This document shows, piece after piece, positions 55,556-64,000 of a DNA stretch of 64,000 nt (the stretch's first letter is position 1; the number at the start of each line of letters is the position of its first letter). The notes beneath the pieces were generated by a model that was not told the origin of the DNA, searched no databases, and saw only the letters and a list, made by a program, of their open reading frames with translations. A program made the position numbers and the translations under genes. Location: the NCBI GenBank assembly GCA_023484515.1, contig JAMDAY010000001.1, positions 758 through 64,757 of the forward strand, written 5' to 3'. The DNA comes from Patescibacteria group bacterium (GTDB lineage Bacteria > Patescibacteriota > Doudnabacteria > UBA920).

Positions 55556-56893
55556 CTACTGGTTCAATTGGTCAATGTCGTTTTGATATTTTTCCGCCTG
55601 GGCAACAACACTGTCGCCGTAAAACCGGTATTTAACGTTAGTTGATCCGGAAAAATACCTCATGGCAGCGGCCCATTCGCCGTCCACTGTGCCGGCGCCG
55701 TCAGCCTTAAGTTTAATGGCCGAGGCGACAAAAGCGTCGCGGATGTCCCACGGGTTGGCCATTTTGCCGGTAATAGCGGAAACTTGGTCTTTGTAGCCCA
55801 TCCAGGTGGAAGGTATAAACTGGGCCGGGCCCATGGCCCCGCCCCAGCCTACCTGGTTGCCCTTGCTGTCATGCATGGGGCAGGACACGGGCGTGGTATT
55901 CGGGTCCAGGCCCAAGTCGGAAGTAATTTGTAAAAACGGCCTTATGTCGCGGTCGGGTTTCATAATTACCGTAAAGCTCTTTTCCGGCGGGTCGCCCGCG
56001 CGGTTGCAGGTGCCGACATTTTTCCCCAGGTTGGATTCCTGCGTTAAAATGGCGAGGAGAAAAGCCGCGCGCACCCCGGTCTGCTGGGAAGCCCATTGCG
56101 CAATTTCCACTGCCTGGCCAAAAGTAATCTGCGAAGACACCCCCATTAGCTGGTATAAGCGGTTGCGTATTTCCGCCGCCCTCTTTTGCGTATCGCTCAA
56201 GGTAATTTGGTAATCGCTTTCTTTTCCTTTGGTTTGTTGTAATAAGGTATTCTGTTCGCTGACTGAATCCGCCAATTGCTGCTGTTGGAGGTTTTGGATT
56301 GAGAGCAGGTTCCTGCTTTCGTCCTGCTGTTCGGACAAGTCTTCTTTTTGCGCGGCCAATTGGTTTTTGGTTTGCAATGCCTGGCTTAGGAGTGACCGCA
56401 AGTTGCCGGAAATTTTAGCGTAATTCTGTATTTGGTCCAAAGCACCGGATAAATTACCTTCGGCCACTACCGCGTATAAAAAAGGGTAACTGTCTTGTTC
56501 ATGTATGGACCGGATTAGTTCCGCCATTTGGCTTTGCAGCAGCAGGGCCTTGGCCGTATTTTGGTCAATTCCCGTTTGCGTGTCCGTTATTTGGGAGTCC
56601 AAGTCCGCAATCTGCAAATTTATGGCCCGAATCTGCAGGTTAATGGTAGTCTGTTGTTTTTTTAACTGGTTAATTTTATTTTGCAGGGTATTTTTTTCCC
56701 CCTGGATATTTTTAAGTTCCCGCTGGAATTGCGCTATTTGGCTTTCAATTTCCGAGAGCTGCTGCTGGAGCTGCGCCTTTTCGTCTTGTGCAATGTTTTG
56801 CGCCGGCGCGGTTTGGGCTTTTACTGCGGAAACGGCCATTCCCGCGGCAATAATAGACAGGATAAAAATTTTTATTGTCCGTTTTTTTCCCAT
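55556..56893 (-). CDS. Secreted coiled-coil protein with a C-terminal lytic transglycosylase (SLT-like) domain
   Basis: Signal peptide, about 250 aa of Q-rich coiled coil, then AILTQESNLG…GAMGPAQFIPSTWMGY (cf. ES…GLMQ.MP.T. of SLT domains). Confidence 0.7.
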   Translation of the reverse strand: MGKKRTIKIFILSIIAAGMAVSAVKAQTAPAQNIAQDEKAQLQQQLSEIESQIAQFQRELKNIQGEKNTLQNKINQLKKQQTTINLQIRAINLQIADLDSQITDTQTGIDQNTAKALLLQSQMAELIRSIHEQDSYPFLYAVVAEGNLSGALDQIQNYAKISGNLRSLLSQALQTKNQLAAQKEDLSEQQDESRNLLSIQNLQQQQLADSVSEQNTLLQQTKGKESDYQITLSDTQKRAAEIRNRLYQLMGVSSQITFGQAVEIAQWASQQTGVRAAFLLAILTQESNLGKNVGTCNRAGDPPEKSFTVIMKPDRDIRPFLQITSDLGLDPNTTPVSCPMHDSKGNQVGWGGAMGPAQFIPSTWMGYKDQVSAITGKMANPWDIRDAFVASAIKLKADGAGTVDGEWAAAMRYFSGSTNVKYRFYGDSVVAQAEKYQNDIDQLNQ

Positions 56894-56999
56894 GTTTGAA
56901 TTATAGCAAAAAATTGGGAATAAATCTTGGCAATTAAAAAACAGGGATTCCAGCCCTGTAGATGCGTAAAAAAAATAAAATAATCTTCCTGAAGTATTC

Positions 57000-57076
57000 T
57001 GGTGCGCCCGGCAGGAGTCGAACCTGCGACCTAGAGATTAGAAGTCTCTCGCTCTATCCAACTGAGCTACGGGCGC
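57000..57076 (-). tRNA. tRNA-Arg (anticodon UCU) with encoded CCA
   Basis: The minus strand GCGCCCGUAGCUCAGUUGGAUAGAGCGAGAGACUUCUAAUCUCUAGGUCGCAGGUUCGACUCCUGCCGGGCGCACCA gives a canonical cloverleaf. Confidence 0.85.
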
Positions 57077-57190
57077 GTAATTTTGTGCCGCGGGCAGGCC
57101 ATTAACCAACCGTAAAGCCCGTATAGTTGGTCCTAGAAAAGATCATGGCTGCGCCATGAATCGGAGCGAGCGGAGCGAGCGACTGGTTCA

Positions 57191-57267
57191 TGGTGATCCC
57201 GGCAGGAGTCGAACCTGCGACCTCAAGCTCCGCAAGCTTGCGCTCTATCCAACTGAGCTACGGGACC
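57191..57267 (-). tRNA. tRNA-Arg, anticodon apparently GCG, with encoded CCA
   Basis: The minus strand GGUCCCGUAGCUCAGUUGGAUAGAGCGCAAGCUUGCGGAGCUUGAGGUCGCAGGUUCGACUCCUGCCGGGAUCACCA has D and T arms identical to the neighbouring tRNA-Arg(UCU). The anticodon loop is UUGCGGA. Confidence 0.75.
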
Positions 57268-57530
57268 ACATTTGATAACCTACGGTTAAGGCATTGCGGA
57301 TTTGTTGCCTTAACAATTTTATGCTTTAAGGAACAGCACGAAAATAATTATCTGATTATTTTTAATACAATACCATAAAACGTTTTATTTTTCAAGTTTA
57401 ACTTGACATAATTTTAAAAAAGTATTACATCATAATTAGAAGCGTAAAGGACAACAGCAAATAGCCGTCTTATTAGCTGCGCCAGATACTTTTACCAACC
57501 AAGCGGATTTTATCCGCAAAACGAGAGGGG

Positions 57531-57716
57531 GTGGTAAATATGCAAACATTTTATATGTACCTGTGCGACGGGTGCGGTTTTAGCCGTGAAAAACCGGGTA
57601 TTTGCCCGTTTTGCGAAACGCCTTTAACCGAGTATGCCAAGGAGTCGCAGGCCGAATACCAGGTGGATATGGAAGAAGCCATGCGCGCCATGAGCCCATA
57701 TAAATGGTACCTTTAA
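57531..57716 (+). CDS. Small zinc-ribbon protein (CxxC…CxxC)
   Basis: MYLCDGCGFSREKPGICPFCETPL in 61 aa. Confidence 0.4.
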   Translation: MVNMQTFYMYLCDGCGFSREKPGICPFCETPLTEYAKESQAEYQVDMEEAMRAMSPYKWYL

Positions 57717-57788
57717 GAACTAATCAAGTTAATTTCATGAAAGGCAATATATGAAAGCCCGCGTAACAAAAGACGCGGGCTTTTAAAT

Positions 57789-58796
57789 TCATTTTTTATT
57801 ATGGAATTTTTTATGGATGTCGCGCAGGCCCTGGTCGGTAATGTGAGTGTATATTTGCGTAGTGGTAATGCTGGCGTGGCCCAGCATGGACTGGACCGAG
57901 CGGATATCCGCGCCGTTGCGCAATAGGTCGGTCGCGAAAGAGTGGCGCAGGGTGTGCGGAGTGACTTTTTTGACAATGCCGGCCAGCCGGCAGTATTTTT
58001 TTATGACGCGCTCTATGCTGCGCGCGGTCAAGCCTGCCGCTAAGTTATTGTTACGGTTGTCGTTATTGTTTTTTCCGTATCCCTGGCTGGCAATTTGTTT
58101 TTCTATGGTGTTGCCTACGGCCGAATGGCTGACAAACAAAGCTTTGCTGTTGTCCTTGCGCTTGGTCAAATATTTTTTTATGGATTCCGCGGCCTCGCCG
58201 GACAAAAACACCAGGCGCAGCTTGCTGCCTTTGCCGCGCACCGTAAATTCGCCGCGCTCAATGTTTAAATTGTCGCGGCGCAGGCTGGCCAGTTCGGACA
58301 CGCGCAAGCCGGTGGAGAACAAGGTCTGCAAAATAGCGTAATCGCGCAGTCGGAGCTGTTCGTTCGGTTCCTTGCGCGTGGCTTCAAACAGCCGGTTTAG
58401 TTCGCCGGCTTCCAAAAACTCCACTTGCCGCGCCGGATTTTTGGGTAATTCAATCTTTTCGGGAGCCAAAGTTTCCACGTCCTGCTTGGTCAGGTATTTT
58501 AAAAACGCGCGCAAGGCGATTAAGTGGTAACTTTGCGTAATCAGCTTAAGCGTCTTGCCGTTTTCGTCCACCAGCCGGTTTAAGTATAGGCGGTATTTTT
58601 TTATTAAATCCAAATTGATGTTTTTGGGCTCTTTAACTCCGCTGTTTTTGGCGAACACGGCAAACCGCCGCAAATAGTGGTCGTAGTTTTTTATGGTGCG
58701 CAAACTTTGGTTTTTGCCAATCTCGCAATATTCCAAAAAGTCCGTCACATATTTCAAAAGGGGAGAGGTGGGGGTTGTGTTTTTGGTTTCGGGCAT
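57789..58796 (-). CDS. Tyrosine recombinase (XerC/XerD-like, phage-integrase family)
   Basis: Catalytic R…HxxR…Y region: …LRHSFATDLLRNGADIRSVQSMLGHASITTTQIYTHI…. It has an N-terminal core-binding domain and an unusual N/D-rich insertion (GKNNNDNRNNN). Confidence 0.85.
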   Translation of the reverse strand: MPETKNTTPTSPLLKYVTDFLEYCEIGKNQSLRTIKNYDHYLRRFAVFAKNSGVKEPKNINLDLIKKYRLYLNRLVDENGKTLKLITQSYHLIALRAFLKYLTKQDVETLAPEKIELPKNPARQVEFLEAGELNRLFEATRKEPNEQLRLRDYAILQTLFSTGLRVSELASLRRDNLNIERGEFTVRGKGSKLRLVFLSGEAAESIKKYLTKRKDNSKALFVSHSAVGNTIEKQIASQGYGKNNNDNRNNNLAAGLTARSIERVIKKYCRLAGIVKKVTPHTLRHSFATDLLRNGADIRSVQSMLGHASITTTQIYTHITDQGLRDIHKKFHNKK

Positions 58797-58904
58797 AAAA
58801 AGACAGTTAGCGTTTAGCTTTTAGGGAGATGGTGGGATTTTTTTGAAGTCATATTGAAGATTTTTCGGCTCATAAAATGTTGCGGCGGTAAATTAAGCTA
58901 ACAG

Positions 58905-58990
58905 GAGTCATCCTTTCGGGACTATCAATCTTAACATCGGCTGATGATAATCTTAGACTAATAATCTAAAGCCTGTTTATCCCGGAAGGA
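58905..58990 (+). repeat. ~90-nt long-hairpin element, copy B
   Basis: GTCATCCTTTCGGGActatcaatc…gactaataatctaaagcctgtttaTCCCGGAAGGAC. The closing stem resembles that of the pnp-leader hairpin. Confidence 0.7.
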
Positions 58991-59255
58991 CAACCCTTGT
59001 TATTCTCGTTACAACATTGTGCGACACAGGTATTATAGCGCAATATTTTACAACCGGCTATTCGGGAATCAGGCCAGTCCTGCTCCTGTAATTATTAAAA
59101 ATGTTTTCATGAATATATTCATGAACTAATTATGTAATTGAGGAGAGGGGGAGGCTATATCAATTTTATTCTGTATAGCCGCCTTCTTGCTGTCATGGCT
59201 TTGGCGAAGGCGACATTCACTTCAGTATGCGAAAAACCCAGAAAAATGGGCTTAT

Positions 59256-59284
59256 TTGCTTGTTTGGGGCAAGTAGGGTATAAT
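59256..59284 (+). promoter_or_regulatory. Candidate rpsO promoter TTGCTT-N17-TATAAT
   Basis: Read from the sequence. The roughly 190-nt leader contains a ttgaaagattgaaaa…aatctttcaa motif, which is also present at 33459-33500. Confidence 0.45.
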
Positions 59285-59475
59285 ATAGGCATAATTAATC
59301 CACGGATAAGTGTAAAAGCAATTGAAATATTGAAAGATTGAAAAATTGAAAATATTAAATAATTTTTTAATCTTGTAATTTTTAATCTTTCAATTAACAA
59401 ACTGCTACTTATTTCGTGCAGACCCCGATGGGGCGGCTGAAAATTTGTCCCGCATCATCAGGCAAGAAAGGCAGT

Positions 59476-59742
59476 ATGTTAACCCCAAAAGAAAAAAACG
59501 CGATTATTAAAAAGTACCAGGTGCACAAGGATGACACCGGCAGCCCCGAAGTGCAAGTGGCAATTTTGACCAAAGAGATTGAACAGGTCAGCGAACATTT
59601 AAAAGTGCACCGCAAAGACAACCATTCCCGCCGCGGCTTGCTAAAAATGGTCGGCAACCGCCGCCGCTTGCTGCGTTATTTAAAGAACGAAGACGCCAAG
59701 CGCTACGAGAAAATTACGGAAAAGCTGAAGTTAAAGGCATAA
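59476..59742 (+). CDS. rpsO: 30S ribosomal protein S15
   Basis: [69 protein letters not shown]…, 89 aa. Confidence 0.9.
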   Translation: MLTPKEKNAIIKKYQVHKDDTGSPEVQVAILTKEIEQVSEHLKVHRKDNHSRRGLLKMVGNRRRLLRYLKNEDAKRYEKITEKLKLKA

Positions 59743-59757
59743 CAGGTTATATTAATT

Positions 59758-60150
59758 ATGGACATACAAAAATTTGAGCAAGACTGGACCAAGCTGGGCA
59801 TAGAAATTTGCCAGGCAATATATACAAATCCCAAAACACAGGAGCTAAAAAATTCCCTGGTTAAGAACGGCTTCCTGACTTTGGAAGAAAAAAGCGAGTT
59901 CATTAACATTTGTGACAAGACAAAATACGAAATCATTTACCAAAAATACGGCAAGGAAGACAGCCAGGGCTACAAAGACTTCAGTAAGCAATGGCAGCAA
60001 TGGTTCCAGCAAAAGGGCGTAGAAAGCCAAAAAGACCGCGGCCAGCGCAGCAGCGTAGACCATATCTTATTTGGCAGCACGCCCGATCCCGTGCCTTTTC
60101 TGCTGCATTTTGAGGAAGAAATATTGGGAAGTTTGAGTACTGAAAGTTAA
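59758..60150 (+). CDS. Hypothetical protein (130 aa) inserted between rpsO and pnp
   Basis: ORF with a start 16 nt after the rpsO stop. No family recognised. Confidence 0.45.
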   Translation: MDIQKFEQDWTKLGIEICQAIYTNPKTQELKNSLVKNGFLTLEEKSEFINICDKTKYEIIYQKYGKEDSQGYKDFSKQWQQWFQQKGVESQKDRGQRSSVDHILFGSTPDPVPFLLHFEEEILGSLSTES

Positions 60151-60166
60151 CATTTTTTCCTTGAAG

Positions 60167-60261
60167 GGCGCCTTCCGGGAATAACAAATTTTTAATTATT
60201 AGCCGTCAGATATCATCTACCAAATTAAAGACAGATGATCCCGGAAGGCACCCTTCAAGGA
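60167..60261 (+). promoter_or_regulatory. Long imperfect hairpin in the pnp 5' leader (23-bp stem TCCTTGAAGGGCGCCTTCCGGGA / TCCCGGAAGGCACCCTTCAAGGA); candidate RNase III autoregulatory site
   Basis: The inverted repeat is read directly. A RNase III-processed leader stem-loop controlling pnp autoregulation is established in E. coli. Confidence 0.5.
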
Positions 60262-60380
60262 TGTAATAAATTTAATTCTCAAAAGGCGGGCAGATTCAGC
60301 GAAGACTTCTTATCATCAATTATTTGGATGATTCAGGTCTCGTCCATTTGCCCGGCTTTTGGGACAAAAAGGATTTTAGT

Positions 60381-62636
60381 ATGGAAGCACAAAAGATATC
60401 TTGCAAGGTCGGCGGCAGCGACCTTGGTTTTGAGGCGGGCAAACTGGCCCGCCAGGCCGACGGCGCCGTGGTTGCCCGCCTGGGCGACACAGTGGTTTTG
60501 GCCACCGCCGTCATGAGCGACCGGGCCCGCGAAGGCATTAGTTTTTTTCCGCTGTTGGTGGACTACGAAGAAAGGCTGTACGCGGCCGGAAAAATTAAAG
60601 GCTCCCGGTGGGTAAAGCGCGAAGGCCGCGCCACCGACGACGCCATCTTAAAAGGGCGTGTCATTGACCGCACGCTGCGCCCGCTATTTCCCTATGGCAT
60701 GCGCAACGACGTGCAGGTTATTGCCACGGTCTTGTCCGTGGACGGTATAAACGAGCCGGACATGCTGGCGGTAAACGCCGCGGCCATGGCGCTGGCTATT
60801 TCCAAAATCCCGTTCGGCGGGCCGGTTGCGGCCGTGCGCGTGGGCAAGGTCAACGGCGAATACGTAGTTAACCCGACTTACGAACAGCAGGACAACTCCG
60901 TTATGGATTTGGTAGTTTGCGGCACGGCCGACCACATTATGATGGTGGAAATGGGAGCCCAATTAGTCACGGAAGAGGAAATTGTGGAAGGAATCAAGTT
61001 TGCGCAGCCTTTTTTGGGGCAGTTGTGCGAAGCGCAGGGCAAATTCAGGGAACAGGTTGGCAAGGAAAAAGCAGAACCCATTATTGTGCTGCCCCATCAA
61101 ACAGTTATAGACAAGGTTAAGGAATTATTGAGCGATGATAAAATTGAAGCGGCGGTTTACGTTAAAAGCAAGGAAGAGCGGGAAGCGAATATTAAAAGAT
61201 TGACCGAAGAAACGGTAGAAGCGGTAAAAAGCGCTTTGGGCGAGATTGAAGGAGTAAGCGTGGAAAAAGACGCGGCCGAAGCAATAGACAAAGTCCTTAA
61301 AAAATACCAGCAAAAGCAAATTTTGGAACATGAGCGCCGCGTGGACGGCCGCAAGCTTACCGAAACCAGGCCCATTACCTGCGAAGTCGGGGTCTTGCCG
61401 CGCACGCACGGCAGCGCCTTGTTTACCCGCGGCGAAACGCAGGCTTTAACCACGGTTACTTTGGGGTCTAAAGGCGACGAACAGACCTTGGACGGCATGG
61501 AAGATCCTGTAGAAGGCCGCGCCAAGCGTTACATTCACCATTACAATATGCCCGGATATTCCGTGGGCGAGGTTGCGCCTATCCGCGGCCCCGGCCGGCG
61601 CGAAATTGGGCATGGCGCTTTGGCCGAGCGCGCCGTGGAAGTCGTATTGCCCCCCCAGGAAGAATTCCCTTACACCATGAGGCTGGTCAGCGAAATTATG
61701 TCTTCCAACGGATCAACTTCTATGGCCAGCACTTGCGGATCTACGCTCGCATTAATGGATGCCGGCGTACCCGTTAAGGAAGTCATTGGCGGCTGCGCCA
61801 TGGGTTTGGTGCTGGACGAGGAAGACCCTTCCAAGTTCAAGGTGCTTACGGACATTGCGGGCATAGAGGACTTTAACGGCCACATGGACTTTAAGGTTAC
61901 GGGCAGCGAAACCGGAGTTACGGCTCTGCAACTGGATATTAAAGTAAAAGGCTTGACCGCGGAAATTTTGGCCAAGGCTTTGGAGCAGGCCAAGCCCGCG
62001 CGCACCCACATTTTAAGCAAAATGAAAGAAGCGCTGGCCGCGCCCCGCCCCGAACTTTCCCCTTACGCGCCGCGCATAACTTCGTTTACAATTAAGCCCG
62101 ACAAGATCCGCGAAGTCATTGGCAGCGGCGGCAAGACCATTAACGAAATTATTGCCAATTGCCCGGGCGTAAAAATTGACATTGAGGATTCCGGACTGGT
62201 CATGGTTACGTCTACCGACGCCGAATCCGCGAAAAAAGCGACCGAGTGGATCCAGAATATTGTCAAAGAAGTTCAAGCCGGCGAAATTTACGAAGGCAAA
62301 GTCACCCGCCTCATGGATTTTGGCGCGTTTGTGGAAGTGCTGCCCGGCAAGGAAGGGCTGGTGCATATTTCGCAACTGGCCAACTACCGCGTCGGCCGCG
62401 TGGAAGACGTGGTAAAAGTCGGGGACACGCTAAAAGTGCAGGTTACGGAAATAGACGACCAGGGCAGGATTAATTTGACGCACAAGCCGTTTGCGGCAGC
62501 GCCGTCGGCCGAGCAAATGGCATCCGCTGATCGCGGCTACGACGACTACCGTCCCCGCAAGCCGTTCAACCACAACGGAAATCACCATAACGGCCACGGC
62601 AACGGCCGCCCGCCCAGACGGAATTTTGACAGGTAA
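60381..62636 (+). CDS. pnp: Polynucleotide phosphorylase (PNPase)
   Basis: Two RNase PH domains, KH and S1 domains (…GKVTRLMDFGAFVEV…), about 750 aa. Start taken at MEAQKISCKVGG…. Classical rpsO-pnp synteny. Confidence 0.93.
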   Translation: MEAQKISCKVGGSDLGFEAGKLARQADGAVVARLGDTVVLATAVMSDRAREGISFFPLLVDYEERLYAAGKIKGSRWVKREGRATDDAILKGRVIDRTLRPLFPYGMRNDVQVIATVLSVDGINEPDMLAVNAAAMALAISKIPFGGPVAAVRVGKVNGEYVVNPTYEQQDNSVMDLVVCGTADHIMMVEMGAQLVTEEEIVEGIKFAQPFLGQLCEAQGKFREQVGKEKAEPIIVLPHQTVIDKVKELLSDDKIEAAVYVKSKEEREANIKRLTEETVEAVKSALGEIEGVSVEKDAAEAIDKVLKKYQQKQILEHERRVDGRKLTETRPITCEVGVLPRTHGSALFTRGETQALTTVTLGSKGDEQTLDGMEDPVEGRAKRYIHHYNMPGYSVGEVAPIRGPGRREIGHGALAERAVEVVLPPQEEFPYTMRLVSEIMSSNGSTSMASTCGSTLALMDAGVPVKEVIGGCAMGLVLDEEDPSKFKVLTDIAGIEDFNGHMDFKVTGSETGVTALQLDIKVKGLTAEILAKALEQAKPARTHILSKMKEALAAPRPELSPYAPRITSFTIKPDKIREVIGSGGKTINEIIANCPGVKIDIEDSGLVMVTSTDAESAKKATEWIQNIVKEVQAGEIYEGKVTRLMDFGAFVEVLPGKEGLVHISQLANYRVGRVEDVVKVGDTLKVQVTEIDDQGRINLTHKPFAAAPSAEQMASADRGYDDYRPRKPFNHNGNHHNGHGNGRPPRRNFDR

Positions 62637-62640
62637 ATTA

Positions 62641-62668
62641 AAAGCCAGCTTAATAGCTGGCTTTTTTG
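62641..62668 (+). terminator. Rho-independent terminator after pnp (AAAGCCAGCT-taat-AGCTGGCTTTTTTG)
   Basis: A perfect 10-bp stem with a tetraloop and a U6 tract, 5 nt after the stop. Confidence 0.75.
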
Positions 62669-62710
62669 TCCGTCATTTGTTATACTTTGGGTGTCAGTAA
62701 ATTCGCGTTT

Positions 62711-62950
62711 ATGATAACACAAGATGACATTAAGTTGATAATTGAGGCGGAGAAAGAGGTTTTTCCAACCAGAGAAGATTTCTCCGATTTGCGTAAAGAT
62801 TTTCATGACTTACAAACCTCGGTGGATAAATACGCCAAGAAAGCCGACACTTATTATCAGGAAATGGCGGTAATGCGCCATCGGCTGGAGAGGCTGGAAG
62901 AGTGGGTAAAAGAGGCGGCAGGAAAAATCGGGTTGGAGTTTAAGGTTTAG
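62711..62950 (+). CDS. Small coiled-coil protein, paralog of 26904-27194 (start at MITQDD)
   Basis: The C-terminus EMAVMRHRLERLEEWVKEAAGKIGLEFKV resembles EMAMMRARLDRHDLWFKQVADKLNLKLE. Confidence 0.5.
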   Translation: MITQDDIKLIIEAEKEVFPTREDFSDLRKDFHDLQTSVDKYAKKADTYYQEMAVMRHRLERLEEWVKEAAGKIGLEFKV

Positions 62951-63146
62951 AATAATTTTATTAATTATGAGTGATTTTGAACAAAATCAAACCAAACCCC
63001 GCCCTTATCTTTATTCCTTTGAAGATTAGTTTTGTAGTTTATATTAAACAGCGCCTCGCCAACGGGGCGCTGTTTTGGTATAGTTAATATAGATTTAAAG
63101 ATTTAAAAATTGAAGTTTTGCATAATTTTTTTATTTTTAATTTTTT

Positions 63147-64000
63147 ATGCCTTACTTTGATATCCTGAAAAAAGACGAATCATCGCGCGCCCGCAGCGGC
63201 GTTATCCATACCGCGCATGGCGACGTAAGGACGCCGGCGTTTTTGCCTATTGGCACAAAAGGAACGGTAAAGACCGTTACGAGCGAAGAGCTGAAATTTT
63301 GGGGTGCGGATATAATTTTGGCCAACACCTATCACTTATGGCAAAGGCCGGGCGACGCGCTTATCTACAAGGCCGGCGGCCTGCACAAATTCATGAATTG
63401 GAAAGGGCCAATTTTTACGGACAGCGGCGGGTTCCAGGTTTTTTCTTTGGCCAAAATGAGGAAAGTGATGGAGGCGGGCGTGCTGTTCCAGTTTGATTTG
63501 GACGGCAGGCAGGAAATCCTTTCGCCGGAGAAATCCGTGGACATCCAGGCTAATTTGGGCAGCGACATCGCTTTAATTTTAGACGACTTCCCGGGTTTTC
63601 CGTTTGAATACGAAAGGTCAAAACAATCCATTGAACTGACCAAACGGTGGGCAGAGCGGGCAATTAAGGAATATCAAAAAATAATAATTGACGGCGATCC
63701 TGTCAATCCCGGGCAAAAATTGTGGGGAATTGTCCAGGGGGCGTCGTTTCCCGATCTTCGCGAACAGTCGGCGCGCGATATGGTGAATTTCGGCTTTGAA
63801 GGGTTTGCCATTGGCGGCGTGGCAGTGGGGGAGCCGCATGAGGAAATGATGAAAGCCGTGGAAGCGGCTGTTCCGCATTTGCCCGAGCAATCGCCAAAAC
63901 ATCTTTTGGGCGTGGGCACGCCTTATGATATTGTACAAGCCGTAGCCCGCGGTTGTGATACTTTCGATTGCGTGATCCCGACAAGGGAGGCGAGGCATGG
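63147..64000 (+). CDS. tgt: Queuine tRNA-ribosyltransferase (tRNA-guanine transglycosylase); 3' end lies beyond the window
   Basis: MPYFDILKKDESSRARSGVIHTAHGDVRTPAFLPIGTKGTVK…LANTYHL…DSGGFQV…. The frame is open to the window end. Confidence 0.9.
   Translation, partial: MPYFDILKKDESSRARSGVIHTAHGDVRTPAFLPIGTKGTVKTVTSEELKFWGADIILANTYHLWQRPGDALIYKAGGLHKFMNWKGPIFTDSGGFQVFSLAKMRKVMEAGVLFQFDLDGRQEILSPEKSVDIQANLGSDIALILDDFPGFPFEYERSKQSIELTKRWAERAIKEYQKIIIDGDPVNPGQKLWGIVQGASFPDLREQSARDMVNFGFEGFAIGGVAVGEPHEEMMKAVEAAVPHLPEQSPKHLLGVGTPYDIVQAVARGCDTFDCVIPTREARH

Noticed and set aside
57789-58796. Calling the recombinase a prophage integrase defining a prophage
   Set aside because: No phage structural or replication genes are nearby. 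XerC/D-like N-terminal architecture and the housekeeping neighbours (tRNAs, rpsO-pnp) make a chromosomal Xer-type or solitary recombinase more likely. The flanking inverted hairpin repeats are reported separately as an open question.
1-64000. Search for rRNA genes or additional tRNAs
   Set aside because: No 16S/23S/5S-like conserved blocks were seen. Only tRNA-His (plus its fragment) and the two tRNA-Arg genes give convincing cloverleaves.

Overview
This is a gene-dense 64-kb window from a bacterial chromosome with moderate GC content. Most start codons lack a clear Shine-Dalgarno sequence and many proteins are secreted. The gene content would fit an uncultivated lineage, possibly CPR/Patescibacteria-like, but that is inference only.

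Contents in order:
- A 5'-truncated multidomain carbohydrate-binding surface protein.
- A copper module: cupredoxin-like protein, CopA P1B-type ATPase and a membrane metallophosphoesterase.
- A SipW-type signal peptidase locus: two TasA/camelysin-like proteins with SipW-cognate signal peptides, then sipW, then a large TasA-like protein carrying a lamin-tail domain and a long acidic tail, then an FN3 secreted protein. A DUF559 endonuclease-like gene flanked by 54-bp direct repeats is inserted into this locus.
- A ferric-reductase/NOX-like protein and a cupin.
- An accessory island of about 11 kb (about 16.4-27.4 kb). It starts at a complete tRNA-His and contains a truncated second copy of that tRNA, XRE/membrane-protein modules, an AbiEii-family toxin with an unusually short upstream partner, NUDIX/HIT/hydrolase genes, a HigB/HigA-like pair and a NYN protein. 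It is punctuated by three copies of a ~52-bp repeat and two copies of a ~115-bp structured repeat.
- An ArsR / redox-active-disulfide protein / DUF318 permease operon, a CAAX protease and an SRAP peptidase.
- A DUF134-regulated metal ABC importer.
- A GC-rich segment encoding Ala/Gln-rich secreted proteins.
- An ArsR-controlled DUF302-glutaredoxin fusion, convergent with a P-type ATPase.
- A MacAB/HlyD-type efflux operon flanked by paralogous small secreted proteins, next to an ECF sigma factor disrupted by a frameshift in an A9 tract.
- A CBS/MgtE-N protein and an NRAMP transporter.
- A cytidine-deaminase-fold protein and a small ORF ending in a perfect 40-bp palindrome.
- Housekeeping genes: pseudouridine synthase, a lytic transglycosylase, two tRNA-Arg, a tyrosine recombinase, rpsO, pnp and tgt (3' partial). 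The pnp leader carries a long hairpin.
- Several dispersed repeat and hairpin families that are not CRISPR arrays.

No rRNA genes and no CRISPR array were seen.
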